The notes below the pieces were generated by a model. It was not told the DNA's origin, did no database searches, and saw nothing but the letters and a program-made list of their open reading frames with translations. This document shows positions 1 through 10,401 of a DNA stretch of 64,000 nt, one piece after another. Location of the stretch: NCBI GenBank assembly GCA_965217115.1, contig OZ244239.1, positions 608,001 to 672,000 of the forward strand, given 5' to 3'. A program made the translations under genes and the position numbers. This DNA is from Bdellovibrionales bacterium. Lineage in GTDB: Bacteria > Bdellovibrionota > Bdellovibrionia > Bdellovibrionales > CAYMLA01. The first letter of the stretch is position 1; each line of letters opens with the position of its first letter.

Positions 1-91
1 TGGCTGTGGAATCTAGTGTCTATATTATGTGATATCAATATAATGGGAGCTGAAAACCCCATAGGATTGCACGCAGAACCCTTCTACGCTA

Positions 92-652
92 TCATCTTCT
101 CCCAGCCAGGTAATCAATGGCTTCTTGACTCGATTCGCACACATGGAATATTTTTTTTGCCCTTTCATCTATCATCGCGTGGGCTAAGAAATCATCCATT
201 AACTTGAGCAATGAATTCCAAAAACCTCTGTAATTGATTAAGACGATGGGTTTATCTATAAAATTGAGCTGTTTCCACGTTAGAACCTCAAGCAATTCAT
301 CTAAAGTCCCATAGCCACCAGCAAAAATGATAAAAGCATCGGAATATTCAATCATTTTTCTCTTTCGTTCATCCAAAGTCTCCACCACGACTAAATCCTT
401 TAGATTTGGATGCTCAATTTCCCGTATGGCCGCTAAATTTCGTGGAATAATCCCTTTTATTTCTTCACTCAATTCTAAAAAACCATCAGCCACAGACCCC
501 ATTAATCCTGCAGAACTTCCACCATAACAGAGCTTAAACCCTTCCTGTGCAATACTGTAACCTAGCACCCTCGCCGCTTCATGGAAATGCAGCTCTAGAT
601 GGTAGCTAGCGCTGCAAAACACACAGATTGAAGAGCCTCTCTTTAATTCCAT
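92..652 (-). CDS. LOG-family (TIGR00730-type) nucleotide phosphoribohydrolase
   Basis: ICVFCSAS, YGGSSAGLMG, RKRKM and AGGYGTLDE (variant of the PGGxGTxxE motif). Confidence 0.9.
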   Translation of the reverse strand: MELKRGSSICVFCSASYHLELHFHEAARVLGYSIAQEGFKLCYGGSSAGLMGSVADGFLELSEEIKGIIPRNLAAIREIEHPNLKDLVVVETLDERKRKMIEYSDAFIIFAGGYGTLDELLEVLTWKQLNFIDKPIVLINYRGFWNSLLKLMDDFLAHAMIDERAKKIFHVCESSQEAIDYLAGRR

Positions 653-929
653 TCTAAAAACTCACAATGATAAATACATATTCCATCATCTCTCTCTCCC
701 ATTTCATCCTTGTTGGAGATACTACAAAAAATATTCTCATAAATAAAGATCTAAGTGACTTACCGCTATTACAGGGATTATCATATAATTAATTCAAAGC
801 TAAAAGATTTGTAACTATTCAGTTTTTTTTCCCACAAAAAAGGACTATGACCAGAAGACGAGCGTTGTGCAATACGTATCTGCAAAGTGGAATAGCTTAT
901 CTTGAAACACACTGATATGAGGTACATCT

Positions 930-1388
930 ATGGCAAAAAAATACTGGCTTATGAAATCAGAACCTAATGTCTATTCTATCGATCACCTCAAAAAAGAAAA
1001 AAAATGTCTTTGGGATGGTATTAGAAACTACCAAGCGCGAAACTTCATGGTGAAAGAGATGAGTGTTGATGATGAAGTTCTCTTTTATCACTCAAATGCC
1101 AAACCTCCAGGTATCGTTGGTTTAGCAAAAATATCAGCACCTGCACAAATCGACCCCACTGCTTTTGATAAAAAGTCCAAATACCATGATGAGAAATCCT
1201 CCCCCGACAAGCCAAGGTGGTTTTGTGTTGAAGTGAAATTCTCAAAAAAATTTCCACGCCTCATTAGCCTCGAAGAACTCAAAAACTACAGAGAACTCAA
1301 GGATATGCTGGTCATTAGAAGAGGAATGCGATTATCTATTCAACCCGTGACTGAAAAAGAATTTCAATTTATCTCCACACTCTCTTAA
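930..1388 (+). CDS. EVE domain protein
   Basis: YWLMKSEP, WDGIRNYQARNF, FYHSN and RLSIQPV are the EVE signature motifs. Confidence 0.95.
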   Translation: MAKKYWLMKSEPNVYSIDHLKKEKKCLWDGIRNYQARNFMVKEMSVDDEVLFYHSNAKPPGIVGLAKISAPAQIDPTAFDKKSKYHDEKSSPDKPRWFCVEVKFSKKFPRLISLEELKNYRELKDMLVIRRGMRLSIQPVTEKEFQFISTLS

Positions 1389-1397
1389 TTCAGATTT

Positions 1398-2051
1398 TTA
1401 AAACGCGCTAAATGGCTTCAAAATTGCCACACGCTCATGGGGGAACTCACAATGGTAGGAAAACCTCTCTCCTATCCACTGAAATGTTTTCTGACTATAA
1501 AAACTCACATGGGTTTCATCTCGCCAATAATGCCAACCTGAAAAATCAGACACCTCATCATGTCTGTTAGTCATGATCACGACGGGGGCAGATAATCCGA
1601 TGACAGATAATATCTTCCTCCACTCTTGATTCACATCGTGAAAATGCTCCACAACTTCTGTAGATACTAAAAAATCGTATTTCTTTTCCTTTAAATCAGG
1701 AAAAAACGCGGGATCATAGGTATCCACCTGAATTCCATTCTCTGACAAAATCTCTGCCAATGCTGGGTAGGGACCACAACCATAATCTAAGCCAATCCAT
1801 CCCGATTGATAGAGGTCTCTTATGCCCTCCACACTCGGCTGTAAAAAAGCACGATAGCCCTCATCCAAATTGCTGTTTTCATGCTGCGCATAACGCCTCC
1901 TCTCCTCCGATCTATCAAGCAAGTCCTTGCGGTTCGCAAAAACAAGATCACAAACCCCACAGCGATAAAACACCCTCCGAGACTTGGTGTGTTGAAAATA
2001 CAATTTACCACCCTCTTCATGGCAAAGAGGACATTCTTTATTCCTTTTCAT
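1398..2051 (-). CDS. Class I SAM-dependent methyltransferase with N-terminal Zn ribbon
   Basis: CPLC...CGVC, motif I LDYGCGP, EVVEH, and WHYWRDETHVSFY. Confidence 0.85.
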   Translation of the reverse strand: MKRNKECPLCHEEGGKLYFQHTKSRRVFYRCGVCDLVFANRKDLLDRSEERRRYAQHENSNLDEGYRAFLQPSVEGIRDLYQSGWIGLDYGCGPYPALAEILSENGIQVDTYDPAFFPDLKEKKYDFLVSTEVVEHFHDVNQEWRKILSVIGLSAPVVIMTNRHDEVSDFSGWHYWRDETHVSFYSQKTFQWIGERFSYHCEFPHERVAILKPFSAF

Positions 2052-2120
2052 ACTGACGTGATGTTATACTATTTTCCATAAAACAACCCGGAAATAATTC
2101 CTCAAGGAACGATAAAGACA

Positions 2121-3947
2121 ATGGAAAAAAATCACACAGGTCTAAATTGGCTCATCGGTGCTGGTATTGTTGGAGCAGATATCGGAACATCCATTTTTTA
2201 CTCTACAGGGTTACTTTACCCTATTGTTGGCTACCTCGCTCCACTGTGCATTATCTTTGTTTGCATAATGATGTGGGCCTTAAAGGCCACCTATGAGGAA
2301 GGGCTCGCATTGAGCCCTTATAACGGTGGAGCCTACTCCATGATTCTCAGAACCATCGGAAGGCGGGGAGCCGTTGTTGCTGGAGCACTGACCTTTATCA
2401 CTTATTTAGCGACAGCTGCTGTCAGTGCATTGTCTGGCGCTTTTTATATGTCCTCCCTCTTTAATATGAGCGCTTCCCAGGTTGTTCTTTACTCATTTAT
2501 TCCTATTATCCTCTTTGGACTGCTCAACTCAAGGGGCATTAAGGAACCTGCCAAGTTAGTCACAGGGGTGGCCATCTTTCACTTTGCCCTTCTCATCTTT
2601 ATATCCCTATGGGGACTCAGCTACATTGCCACCCACGATATTGATTGGGAAAAGATGAGCCAAATCACTCCATCGGGGGAATTAAGTGTCGCCATGATAT
2701 TCCATGGTATCGCAGCCGCTTTTCTTGGTATCTCTGGGTTTGAATCGGCAGCACAGATTGTCGAGGAACTCGAAGCCCCGATTAATAAAACAGTTCGTTC
2801 TCTCTACAAAGCCGTTGTTATTCTCGTTTCCATCACAGCCCCTGTTATTTCATTTCTATGTTTAGCCATTCTCTCTGAATCAGAAATCAATGGCAATCTG
2901 CAATCTCTCCTATCAGCTTTTGCCAACAAAATTGGCGGTTCAATCCTTGCCACCATTATCGTTATTGATGCCACCTTAACTCTCTTTGCTGCCGTCAATA
3001 CTGCCTTTGTCGGCTTCATCGGCTTAGCAACAACCATGGCTAAACAAGGGAATTTACCACAAACTCTACTTACACGACTGGCCCACAAATTCCCATCCAT
3101 CCAAGGATATCCATTTATTGCTATCCCTTTTATGCTTATTGCTATGACAATGTCAGCCCTTGTCATGGGAGAGGTCGACATTATTGCCAAAGTTTATGAG
3201 ATGGCTTTTCTTGGAGTCATGGTCAGCTTTTGCCTAGGTGTTGTTCTCATGCGAAATAGACCTCTGCGCAGAGATACCCCCAAGCAGTATCTTTCAACAA
3301 CTGTTATTAAAACCAAAAACCATGTTTATCCTCTCATACCCTTAATCTCAGGTATCATACTCGCTATTGCTAACTTGATGCTTATTCTTCATTCGCCAAG
3401 TCGCGCTACAAATATGCTCATTGAATTCATTTCCATCGTTATCCTTATTATGGCCTACTACCGATGGGGAACTTTAGAGAAGAGATTAGAAAATCGTTCC
3501 GATTTGCGCCTAGGTTTGGGGAAGTTTTCCACCCAAATAGATCTTCCTGACAATTTACCAAAGTTTGTTCTCTGCACGGGTGGCTCTGGAGCTAGATCAT
3601 TAATTAATGCTGGTATCCGATATTCCATGGATAAAATGAAAGGCCTGCCTTTTGAACTTATTATTTTTCACGCTGAACCTGAAAGAGATAAAAATGGTTT
3701 CACTGCTGAATTATTACAACGAGTCGCCTCCCAACAAATTGCCCCCATCTATCATCAAGATTTCATCCTAAGTGTTAAAGTTTTACCTGGAGATTTTCTC
3801 GAAGGCCTTATTCTTCTTAAAGAAAAAACTCATTTTGACACTTTACTCATTGGCGCAGGACGCAGCTACGAAGGCGCAAAAAGCTTTACTGAAGACCTAA
3901 AAAAAGAGCTTGAGATTGACGTTCATAATCTTGGAATTAGAGGGTAG
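2121..3947 (+). CDS. APC-family permease with soluble C-terminal domain
   Basis: About 12 hydrophobic segments, NGGAY and SGFESA motifs, and a ~150-aa hydrophilic C-terminus. Confidence 0.8.
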   Translation: MEKNHTGLNWLIGAGIVGADIGTSIFYSTGLLYPIVGYLAPLCIIFVCIMMWALKATYEEGLALSPYNGGAYSMILRTIGRRGAVVAGALTFITYLATAAVSALSGAFYMSSLFNMSASQVVLYSFIPIILFGLLNSRGIKEPAKLVTGVAIFHFALLIFISLWGLSYIATHDIDWEKMSQITPSGELSVAMIFHGIAAAFLGISGFESAAQIVEELEAPINKTVRSLYKAVVILVSITAPVISFLCLAILSESEINGNLQSLLSAFANKIGGSILATIIVIDATLTLFAAVNTAFVGFIGLATTMAKQGNLPQTLLTRLAHKFPSIQGYPFIAIPFMLIAMTMSALVMGEVDIIAKVYEMAFLGVMVSFCLGVVLMRNRPLRRDTPKQYLSTTVIKTKNHVYPLIPLISGIILAIANLMLILHSPSRATNMLIEFISIVILIMAYYRWGTLEKRLENRSDLRLGLGKFSTQIDLPDNLPKFVLCTGGSGARSLINAGIRYSMDKMKGLPFELIIFHAEPERDKNGFTAELLQRVASQQIAPIYHQDFILSVKVLPGDFLEGLILLKEKTHFDTLLIGAGRSYEGAKSFTEDLKKELEIDVHNLGIRG

Positions 3948-3955
3948 CTTTCTAT

Positions 3956-5125
3956 ATGCGAGAGAAAAACCAAACACCTCAATTTAACTCCTACTCTCCC
4001 AACCTCAAAATTGGTTTTCTTGGCGGCGGGCAACTTGCCAGAATGCTCTGTCTTGAGGCCCATAGCCTTGGTCTTGAAAGTCACGTTCTAAGCTCTAACT
4101 CCAGTGACCCTGCTGCCCAGGTCTGTAACCAATGGCACAAAGGAGAAATTAATAGTGTTCAGAGTTTAAAGAGCTTCTTTAAATCCGTTTCCCTTGTTAC
4201 GTTTGAAAGTGAATTCATTGATCCCCATATTATCCAAAAAGCTCTCGATAACATCCAAAAACCTCTCATCTATCCAACACTCGACACCATGGCTCTCTGC
4301 CAAGATCGGCTCCCGCAGAAAGAACTCTTCCAAAAACATTCTCTTGCAACTTCCCCTTTTATGTCCGTTGACACAAAAGAAGATCTTGAACTAGCTGTCT
4401 CAAAATTAAAATTTCCCCTTGTTTTAAAAAAACGTTACGGAGGTTATGACGGCTATGGAACCTTTATCTTAAAAAACCAGTCTGACATTAAAAAATTTCA
4501 ACCACTTATAAAGAAAGAGCCTCGAGGCTTTATTGCTGAACAGTTTATTTCCTTTAAAAAAGAAGTGGCTCTTGTCGTTGCACGCAATAAGCAAGGTCAG
4601 TGTGTTAAATTCCCCTGGGTTGAAACACATCAGGAGAACTCTCGATGTCTCTGGGTCAAGGGACCCATCTCACCTGTAGGATACCGGAAAATAGAATCCC
4701 GTATCAATAAAATATTATCTCAATTGAATTATGTAGGCGTTATGGGCCTTGAATTTTTTATTGATAAAAAAAACGACCTTATCATCAATGAGATTGCTCC
4801 AAGGGTACATAACTCCGCACATTATTCTCAAAACGCAATGGATGTAAATCAATTTCAACTGCATCTAAAGGCGGTACTTGGTTTTAAACTTTCTACCCCT
4901 GTTTTGCAAACGCCAGGGTTTGCTATGTTAAATCTTATCGGTACAGAAAAAAATAAAAAAAAGAAGCTCCCACAATGGGACCTTCCTCCTAATATACATC
5001 CTCATTGGTACCGCAAAGATCAAAATCGACCAAATCGTAAAATGGGGCATTTAAATGCTCTAGGAAAAACCCCACAAAGAGCTTTAAATTATTTACTCAA
5101 ACATAAAAAGGAATTTGATTTATGA
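3956..5125 (+). CDS. purK: N5-CAIR synthase
   Basis: [35 protein letters not shown]. Confidence 0.95.
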   Translation: MREKNQTPQFNSYSPNLKIGFLGGGQLARMLCLEAHSLGLESHVLSSNSSDPAAQVCNQWHKGEINSVQSLKSFFKSVSLVTFESEFIDPHIIQKALDNIQKPLIYPTLDTMALCQDRLPQKELFQKHSLATSPFMSVDTKEDLELAVSKLKFPLVLKKRYGGYDGYGTFILKNQSDIKKFQPLIKKEPRGFIAEQFISFKKEVALVVARNKQGQCVKFPWVETHQENSRCLWVKGPISPVGYRKIESRINKILSQLNYVGVMGLEFFIDKKNDLIINEIAPRVHNSAHYSQNAMDVNQFQLHLKAVLGFKLSTPVLQTPGFAMLNLIGTEKNKKKKLPQWDLPPNIHPHWYRKDQNRPNRKMGHLNALGKTPQRALNYLLKHKKEFDL

Positions 5126-5622
5126 AAATCACAAACAAAACTCCCCATGTCGCCATTATTATGGGCAGTGACTCTGATCTTCCCGTAATGTCCTCAGCTA
5201 AGGATGTTTTAGATTCTTTCTCTATTTACTATGAAGTCAAAATTGTCTCTGCCCACAGGACTCCAAAGGCAATGATAAAATATGCTGAACAGGCAGCTAA
5301 AAGAGGAGTTAAAATCATTATTGCTGGAGCTGGTGGAGCGGCACATCTGCCAGGCATGGTGGCTTCATTAACAACTCTGCCTGTTATAGGAGTTCCAATA
5401 CAAGTTGGCAAACTAGAAGGGCTTGATGCTTTATTGTCCATCGCACAAATGCCAAAAGGCATTCCTGTTGCGACAATGGCTGTAGATAATTCCTACAATG
5501 CAGGACTTTTGGCTATAAGAATTCTAGCTCTTAACAGTAAAAGGTTACAAGCTAAGATCATCGACTTTAATCAATCACAAAAAAACAAAGTCACTCTAGC
5601 AAATAAGAGCCTTAAAAAGTAA
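5122..5622 (+). CDS. purE: N5-CAIR mutase
   Basis: [38 protein letters not shown] overlap with purK. Confidence 0.97.
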   Translation: MKITNKTPHVAIIMGSDSDLPVMSSAKDVLDSFSIYYEVKIVSAHRTPKAMIKYAEQAAKRGVKIIIAGAGGAAHLPGMVASLTTLPVIGVPIQVGKLEGLDALLSIAQMPKGIPVATMAVDNSYNAGLLAIRILALNSKRLQAKIIDFNQSQKNKVTLANKSLKK

Positions 5623-5651
5623 TCCTTCCCGAAAATACCACAACTTATTAC

Positions 5652-5679
5652 TCAAATAGCCCCTTCAAATACCCGATAA
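5652..5679 (+). promoter_or_regulatory. Putative sigma-28 (FliA) promoter
   Basis: TCAAA-N15-CCCGATAA, close to the consensus TAAA-N15-GCCGATAA, upstream of the response regulator. Confidence 0.5.
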
Positions 5680-5755
5680 GTCTCATAACAGAACACAGGG
5701 GTTTGAGTGTGCTTAAGGGTTTCATCATTAATCATTTTATCAAGGCGAGGTCTCT

Positions 5756-6139
5756 ATGAAAAAGGGGCTTAAGGTTCTTCTCGCCGAAGATGACCAGAAT
5801 ATTTTTGAAATTCTCTCCCTCTCTCTAAATCATATAGGAGGACACAGTGTTAGCAAGGCCAGTAACGGCGAACAAGCATTATCAATGGCTCTCAGTGAAA
5901 ATTTTGACCTTCTCCTCCTAGATGGAATGATGCCAAAAAAAGATGGCGTCACTGTCTGTCGCGAGTACATTGCACAAAAGAAAAATCCTGCTCCTGTTAT
6001 TTTTCTCAGTGCTAGATCCTCTCAGCAAGATATCCAATTAGGACTAGAGTCTGGGGCTATTGGTTACATTGCCAAGCCCTTTGACCCCACAACCATTTGT
6101 CAGGATATCTCCAACATCCTCTCCAAGCCACGGTTGTAG
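5756..6139 (+). CDS. Single-domain response regulator (receiver only)
   Basis: AEDD, LLDGMMP, FLSA, AKPFD. Confidence 0.92.
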   Translation: MKKGLKVLLAEDDQNIFEILSLSLNHIGGHSVSKASNGEQALSMALSENFDLLLLDGMMPKKDGVTVCREYIAQKKNPAPVIFLSARSSQQDIQLGLESGAIGYIAKPFDPTTICQDISNILSKPRL

Positions 6140-6141
6140 CC

Positions 6142-7494
6142 ATGAAGTATCAACCTATTCGCCGAAAAATATCCTTTATCGCTTTTATCTTCTCTAGTAT
6201 TATGTTGGGCTTTGGTTTTCTCTCTCTTCAAGTACTCAAAGGTAACCAATATTTACGTCAATCACTGCTCTATAGCTACTCATTAGAAGCACACGTCAAA
6301 GCAGCTCAACACTATAAGTACAGCAAAAAACAATATGCAACCCTACAAAATATTCGTAAAAATCTCATCGATAATACCAGAATTGGTCTTCTTAGTGACG
6401 TTGTTCAATCTTTTTCTGCCGAGGACAAATCTCAACTACAGAAACGCATTCGAAAATTCTCTCAATATGAAACTCGTTACCGTCATCAACTAAGTGTTAA
6501 ACTATCAGGTAGTGAAAAACATCTAGAGGAAATTATTGTAAGTCTTATTACTTTCTTTACATTGATGATTGCTCTTCTTCCTATTTTTCTATCAAGGCAA
6601 GTTTTCTCTCCTATGAAAAAATTAGCACAGAGAATGTCTGATTTTATCTATAGTAAATACACTTATCAAATGACTCCGCCTGACAGAACAGAAATTGGTC
6701 AGCTCCATGCAACTTTTAATTCTCTAGCCGAACGAGTCGTTAATAACGTGAACAAACTCAAAGCCCTTGATGAAGCCAAAACAGATTTTCTTAACATTGC
6801 CAGCCATGAACTACGCACGCCTATGACCTCTATCAAAGGGTCCTTAAGCCTGTTGTCTAAAGGAATCGTTGGACAATTAGACAGTAAGGCTCAAAATTTA
6901 ATTAATATCGCTGAAGGTGAATCCGATCGTCTTATTCGCTTGATCAATGACATTCTTGATCTTGCAAAGTTGGAAGCGAATCAATCATCTATAAAACCTG
7001 AATGGGTGAATACCCATTCTTTCGTAGATAGAACAATCAAAGGACTTACAGGACTCTCCCAACAAGCCTCTGTTGATGTTATTATCAACGATCAATTTTC
7101 TAAAAACATAGAAGCCTATGTAGATGAAGATCGTGTCATTCAAGTTCTCACAAACTTTCTATCTAATGCAATTAAGTATACGGAAAAAGGATGCACTGTG
7201 AGGGTTCATTGCCATATAGTGGATCAATCCCTACGCATTGATGTCGTCGATGAAGGACCTGGAATCGCCTTTGAAGACCAAGAAAAAGTATTTGATAAAT
7301 TTCGTCAAATCTCTGGTCCAAATAACCCATTGGTAAAAGGAACTGGTCTTGGATTAGCCATCGCTAAAGCCATTGTAGAAGATCACAATGGAACCCTTGG
7401 ACTTCACTCTTCACCAGGAAGAGGAAGCACGTTTTATTTCACTATTCCAAAATGGCGTAAACAATTACAAACAACTAAGAAGACAGCCGCATGA
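6142..7494 (+). CDS. Membrane HAMP sensor histidine kinase
   Basis: Two TM segments, HAMP, H-box SHELRTP, N-box NFLSNAIKY, DEGPG, GTGLGL; ATG at 6142 preferred over the ORF start at 6097. Confidence 0.93.
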   Translation: MKYQPIRRKISFIAFIFSSIMLGFGFLSLQVLKGNQYLRQSLLYSYSLEAHVKAAQHYKYSKKQYATLQNIRKNLIDNTRIGLLSDVVQSFSAEDKSQLQKRIRKFSQYETRYRHQLSVKLSGSEKHLEEIIVSLITFFTLMIALLPIFLSRQVFSPMKKLAQRMSDFIYSKYTYQMTPPDRTEIGQLHATFNSLAERVVNNVNKLKALDEAKTDFLNIASHELRTPMTSIKGSLSLLSKGIVGQLDSKAQNLINIAEGESDRLIRLINDILDLAKLEANQSSIKPEWVNTHSFVDRTIKGLTGLSQQASVDVIINDQFSKNIEAYVDEDRVIQVLTNFLSNAIKYTEKGCTVRVHCHIVDQSLRIDVVDEGPGIAFEDQEKVFDKFRQISGPNNPLVKGTGLGLAIAKAIVEDHNGTLGLHSSPGRGSTFYFTIPKWRKQLQTTKKTAA

Positions 7495-7850
7495 ATTCAA
7501 GTCATCCCATGAAACAACTACAAGAAGACTACCTTAAATCTCTCCCTGAAAAAATAGTTCAACTTCAACACGCAAAAATGAATAAAGACTGGGAAGTTCT
7601 CCAAAATGACTTTCACAAGTTAAAGGGCTCTGGAAAAACATACGGCTTTCCACAAATTACAGATATTGCCCAGATTGTCGAACAAATACTTGAATTAGAA
7701 AAAAACCCCGATAAGCTTTCAGTGATTTCTCAAAAAGGCATAGAACTCTTAGACAAGATTGCTAAGAATGATGTCGGTTTTGACCTTGTATCCGATGTTG
7801 AGTTTCAAGAATTACTTAAGTTTTATGAAGAACTTTCATCAAATAAATAA
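7491..7850 (+). CDS. Stand-alone Hpt domain protein
   Basis: FHKLKGSGKTYGF motif; ATGA overlap with the kinase gene. Confidence 0.88.
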   Translation: MNSSHPMKQLQEDYLKSLPEKIVQLQHAKMNKDWEVLQNDFHKLKGSGKTYGFPQITDIAQIVEQILELEKNPDKLSVISQKGIELLDKIAKNDVGFDLVSDVEFQELLKFYEELSSNK

Positions 7851-7867
7851 AAAACCACCACCGACGA

Positions 7868-9028
7868 TCAAGCGAACTGCAGAGTTCCTGTGTAGTGATT
7901 CCACTGAGCATAGGCAAGTTTGTACTCACTCTTCGCCTCTTTAAGCTTGGACTTCATCAAGGCAATACGTTCACGACCTTGCTCTGTCTTTAATTTTTTT
8001 AAACTCTGATACTCTTCTCTATACTTGCTCTTAACTTTTTGCCAATCTATATAGGCTCTCTCTACTCTTTCCTTCATTTGCTCAACAATCTCATCCATAT
8101 CAAAATTTTCTATTTTACTCTCTAATTTCTTCTTCTGCATCGCCATTCTGGCTTGTAATATCTTAATCTGAGAAGTTCGTCTTAATTTCTTCGCTCCTCC
8201 TAAGAAGGCGATAAAAGCAATGAACCATTTTGTTGGATCATAATCATACCAACGAATCCCATTGCGATAATCATTGTGAAATAAATGGTGAAAATTATGA
8301 TAGCCCTCTCCATAGGTAAATAAAGCTAAGAAAGCGCTATCTTTGGATGAGTTCTCATCCGTGTAGGTTTGTTTTCCCCACCAATGACAAGCTGAATTAA
8401 TAAAAAACGTAAAATGATGAACCACAACAATCCTCAAAAACCCTGCTAAAGCAAATCCACCAAAAGCAGAACCTAGCATCCACCCAAGCAGCGTCGGCAA
8501 CACCCCACCGACGGCTAAACCAATCAAAGGATAATACTTATCTTGCCAAATAATCAGTTTATTACTCGCCAAATCTCTATTATAACGAGAAAAATCCTTG
8601 GGGTTTCCACTCTTGCAAATCCACCCCATGTGGGCATACCAAAAACCCTCTTTGATATTGTATGGGTCATCCTCGTCATCAACATAACGATGATGAATTC
8701 GATGGTCCGTACACCACTTTAAAGCCGAGTTTTGAAATGCCGCTGCACCAAAAATAAGATACAAAAACTCTATAATCGGATGAACTTCGTAACATTTATG
8801 GGAGAAGAGACGATGATAACCCGCCGTGATCGCTATCCCCGTCACAAAATAAAAGAAGACAAATAATCCAATAATACCATAATTTATTTCTTCCATAACG
8901 AAATAAGCCACCGTTACAACAACAGCCACTATTGGACAGAGCACCATAAATGAAGTATTCACCCAGTCCCACTTTGCGTTCACTCTCCAATCAGAGTTTT
9001 GTTTGATATTCTCTGGTAATCTTCCCAA
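7868..9028 (-). CDS. Delta-9 acyl-CoA/acyl-lipid desaturase with C-terminal coiled coil
   Basis: Three His boxes (HRLFSH, HRIHH, HNFHH) and DYRNG...DPTKW. Confidence 0.93.
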   Translation of the reverse strand: MGRLPENIKQNSDWRVNAKWDWVNTSFMVLCPIVAVVVTVAYFVMEEINYGIIGLFVFFYFVTGIAITAGYHRLFSHKCYEVHPIIEFLYLIFGAAAFQNSALKWCTDHRIHHRYVDDEDDPYNIKEGFWYAHMGWICKSGNPKDFSRYNRDLASNKLIIWQDKYYPLIGLAVGGVLPTLLGWMLGSAFGGFALAGFLRIVVVHHFTFFINSACHWWGKQTYTDENSSKDSAFLALFTYGEGYHNFHHLFHNDYRNGIRWYDYDPTKWFIAFIAFLGGAKKLRRTSQIKILQARMAMQKKKLESKIENFDMDEIVEQMKERVERAYIDWQKVKSKYREEYQSLKKLKTEQGRERIALMKSKLKEAKSEYKLAYAQWNHYTGTLQFA

Positions 9029-9095
9029 AAAAAACTTCCTTTACTATTAAACGATAACAAGCTAATCACTTAAAAAATTTTACCTAAATCTCCAT

Positions 9096-10295
9096 TCAAG
9101 TACAAACAATACGTGTACGCACACTCACTTGCAATTTTGATATGGCCTCTCTTAACCCATTAATATCAGATTTTTCAACATCCATCACTAAATAACCAAT
9201 TTGGTCATCAGTCCCCAAGGACTGTGCGCGAATATTTGCACCCAATTCAGAAACAATACCATTAATCTCCCTTAAAACTCCAGGAACGTTTTTATGAACA
9301 TTCAACAATCGTAGAGAATCCGGCGCTTGAGGTGTTTCTATCTGAGGAAAATTCACTGCCCCGAGTGTACTTCCTCGATGTAAAAAACGCCTCAAACTCT
9401 CGGCCACTTCACGACCTATGGCTTCCTGAGCCTCTTCTGTGCTACCGCCTATGTGAGGAGTCAAAATAACGTTAGGAACACCCTGAAGTGTATTCTGAAA
9501 TTTCTCTTTATTACTCTTAGGTTCTTCTGGATAAACATCGATGGCAGCCCCCGACAAACGTCCACCCATCAAAGACTCTTTTAAGACCTCTAGATCAACC
9601 ACTGTTCCTCGGCTTGCGTTAATAAGATACGCCCCTTTTTTCATTTCTTTTAACTGATCTCTACCTATCATTCTTTTTGTTTGCGGAGTTTCAGGAACGT
9701 GTAACGTCACAAAATCAGCCTGTTGGAGAAGCTCATTCAAGCTCTCTACACACCGGGAATTTCCTAAGGGAAGTTTCTTTATCACATCATAGAACAGGAC
9801 GTTTAAGCCTAGAGATTCAGCCAAAACACTCACCTGACTCCCTATATGACCGTAGCCAACAATTCCTAAAGTTTTACCACGCACTTCTTTAGAACCATGG
9901 GCCGATTTGCTCCACTCTCCCCGATGACTCTTCATGCTCCGATCAAAGAGCTGCCTCGACAAGGCAATCATTTCTGAAATCACCAACTCAGCCACACTCC
10001 TTGTGTTGCTATAAGGTGCATTAAAAACAGGTATTCCTAAACGATTTGCTATCTTTAGATCCACCTGATTCGTCCCGATACAAAAAGTCCCCAGAGCATG
10101 GAGGTGGGGAGAGGCCTCTAACACCTTCCCTGTAACCTGAGTTTTTGAACGAATTCCTAAAACCTGAAAGCTTGAAAGTTTCTCAATTAAATTATCATCA
10201 GATAGGGCTGTCGGTAAAAGTTCCGTCTCCCAACCCCAACTCTCCATTTTCTCTTTGGCTACAGAATGGATTCCCTCCAGAAGCAGAACTTTCAA
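9096..10295 (-). CDS. serA: D-3-phosphoglycerate dehydrogenase with C-terminal ACT domain
   Basis: GIRSKT, FCIGTNQVD, NAPYSNTRSVAE, GYGHIG, TPHIGGSTEEAQ, HKNVPG. Confidence 0.95.
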   Translation of the reverse strand: MKVLLLEGIHSVAKEKMESWGWETELLPTALSDDNLIEKLSSFQVLGIRSKTQVTGKVLEASPHLHALGTFCIGTNQVDLKIANRLGIPVFNAPYSNTRSVAELVISEMIALSRQLFDRSMKSHRGEWSKSAHGSKEVRGKTLGIVGYGHIGSQVSVLAESLGLNVLFYDVIKKLPLGNSRCVESLNELLQQADFVTLHVPETPQTKRMIGRDQLKEMKKGAYLINASRGTVVDLEVLKESLMGGRLSGAAIDVYPEEPKSNKEKFQNTLQGVPNVILTPHIGGSTEEAQEAIGREVAESLRRFLHRGSTLGAVNFPQIETPQAPDSLRLLNVHKNVPGVLREINGIVSELGANIRAQSLGTDDQIGYLVMDVEKSDINGLREAISKLQVSVRTRIVCT

Positions 10296-10401
10296 ATCAT
10301 CTCCCTTTCCATTAAAAAATTCTTCTAAAAATTAGCAAAGTCCATGGAAATAAGTTAGCATTAATTCTTTATTTGTAACCATTTATTTTTCCGAGGTTTT
10401 T

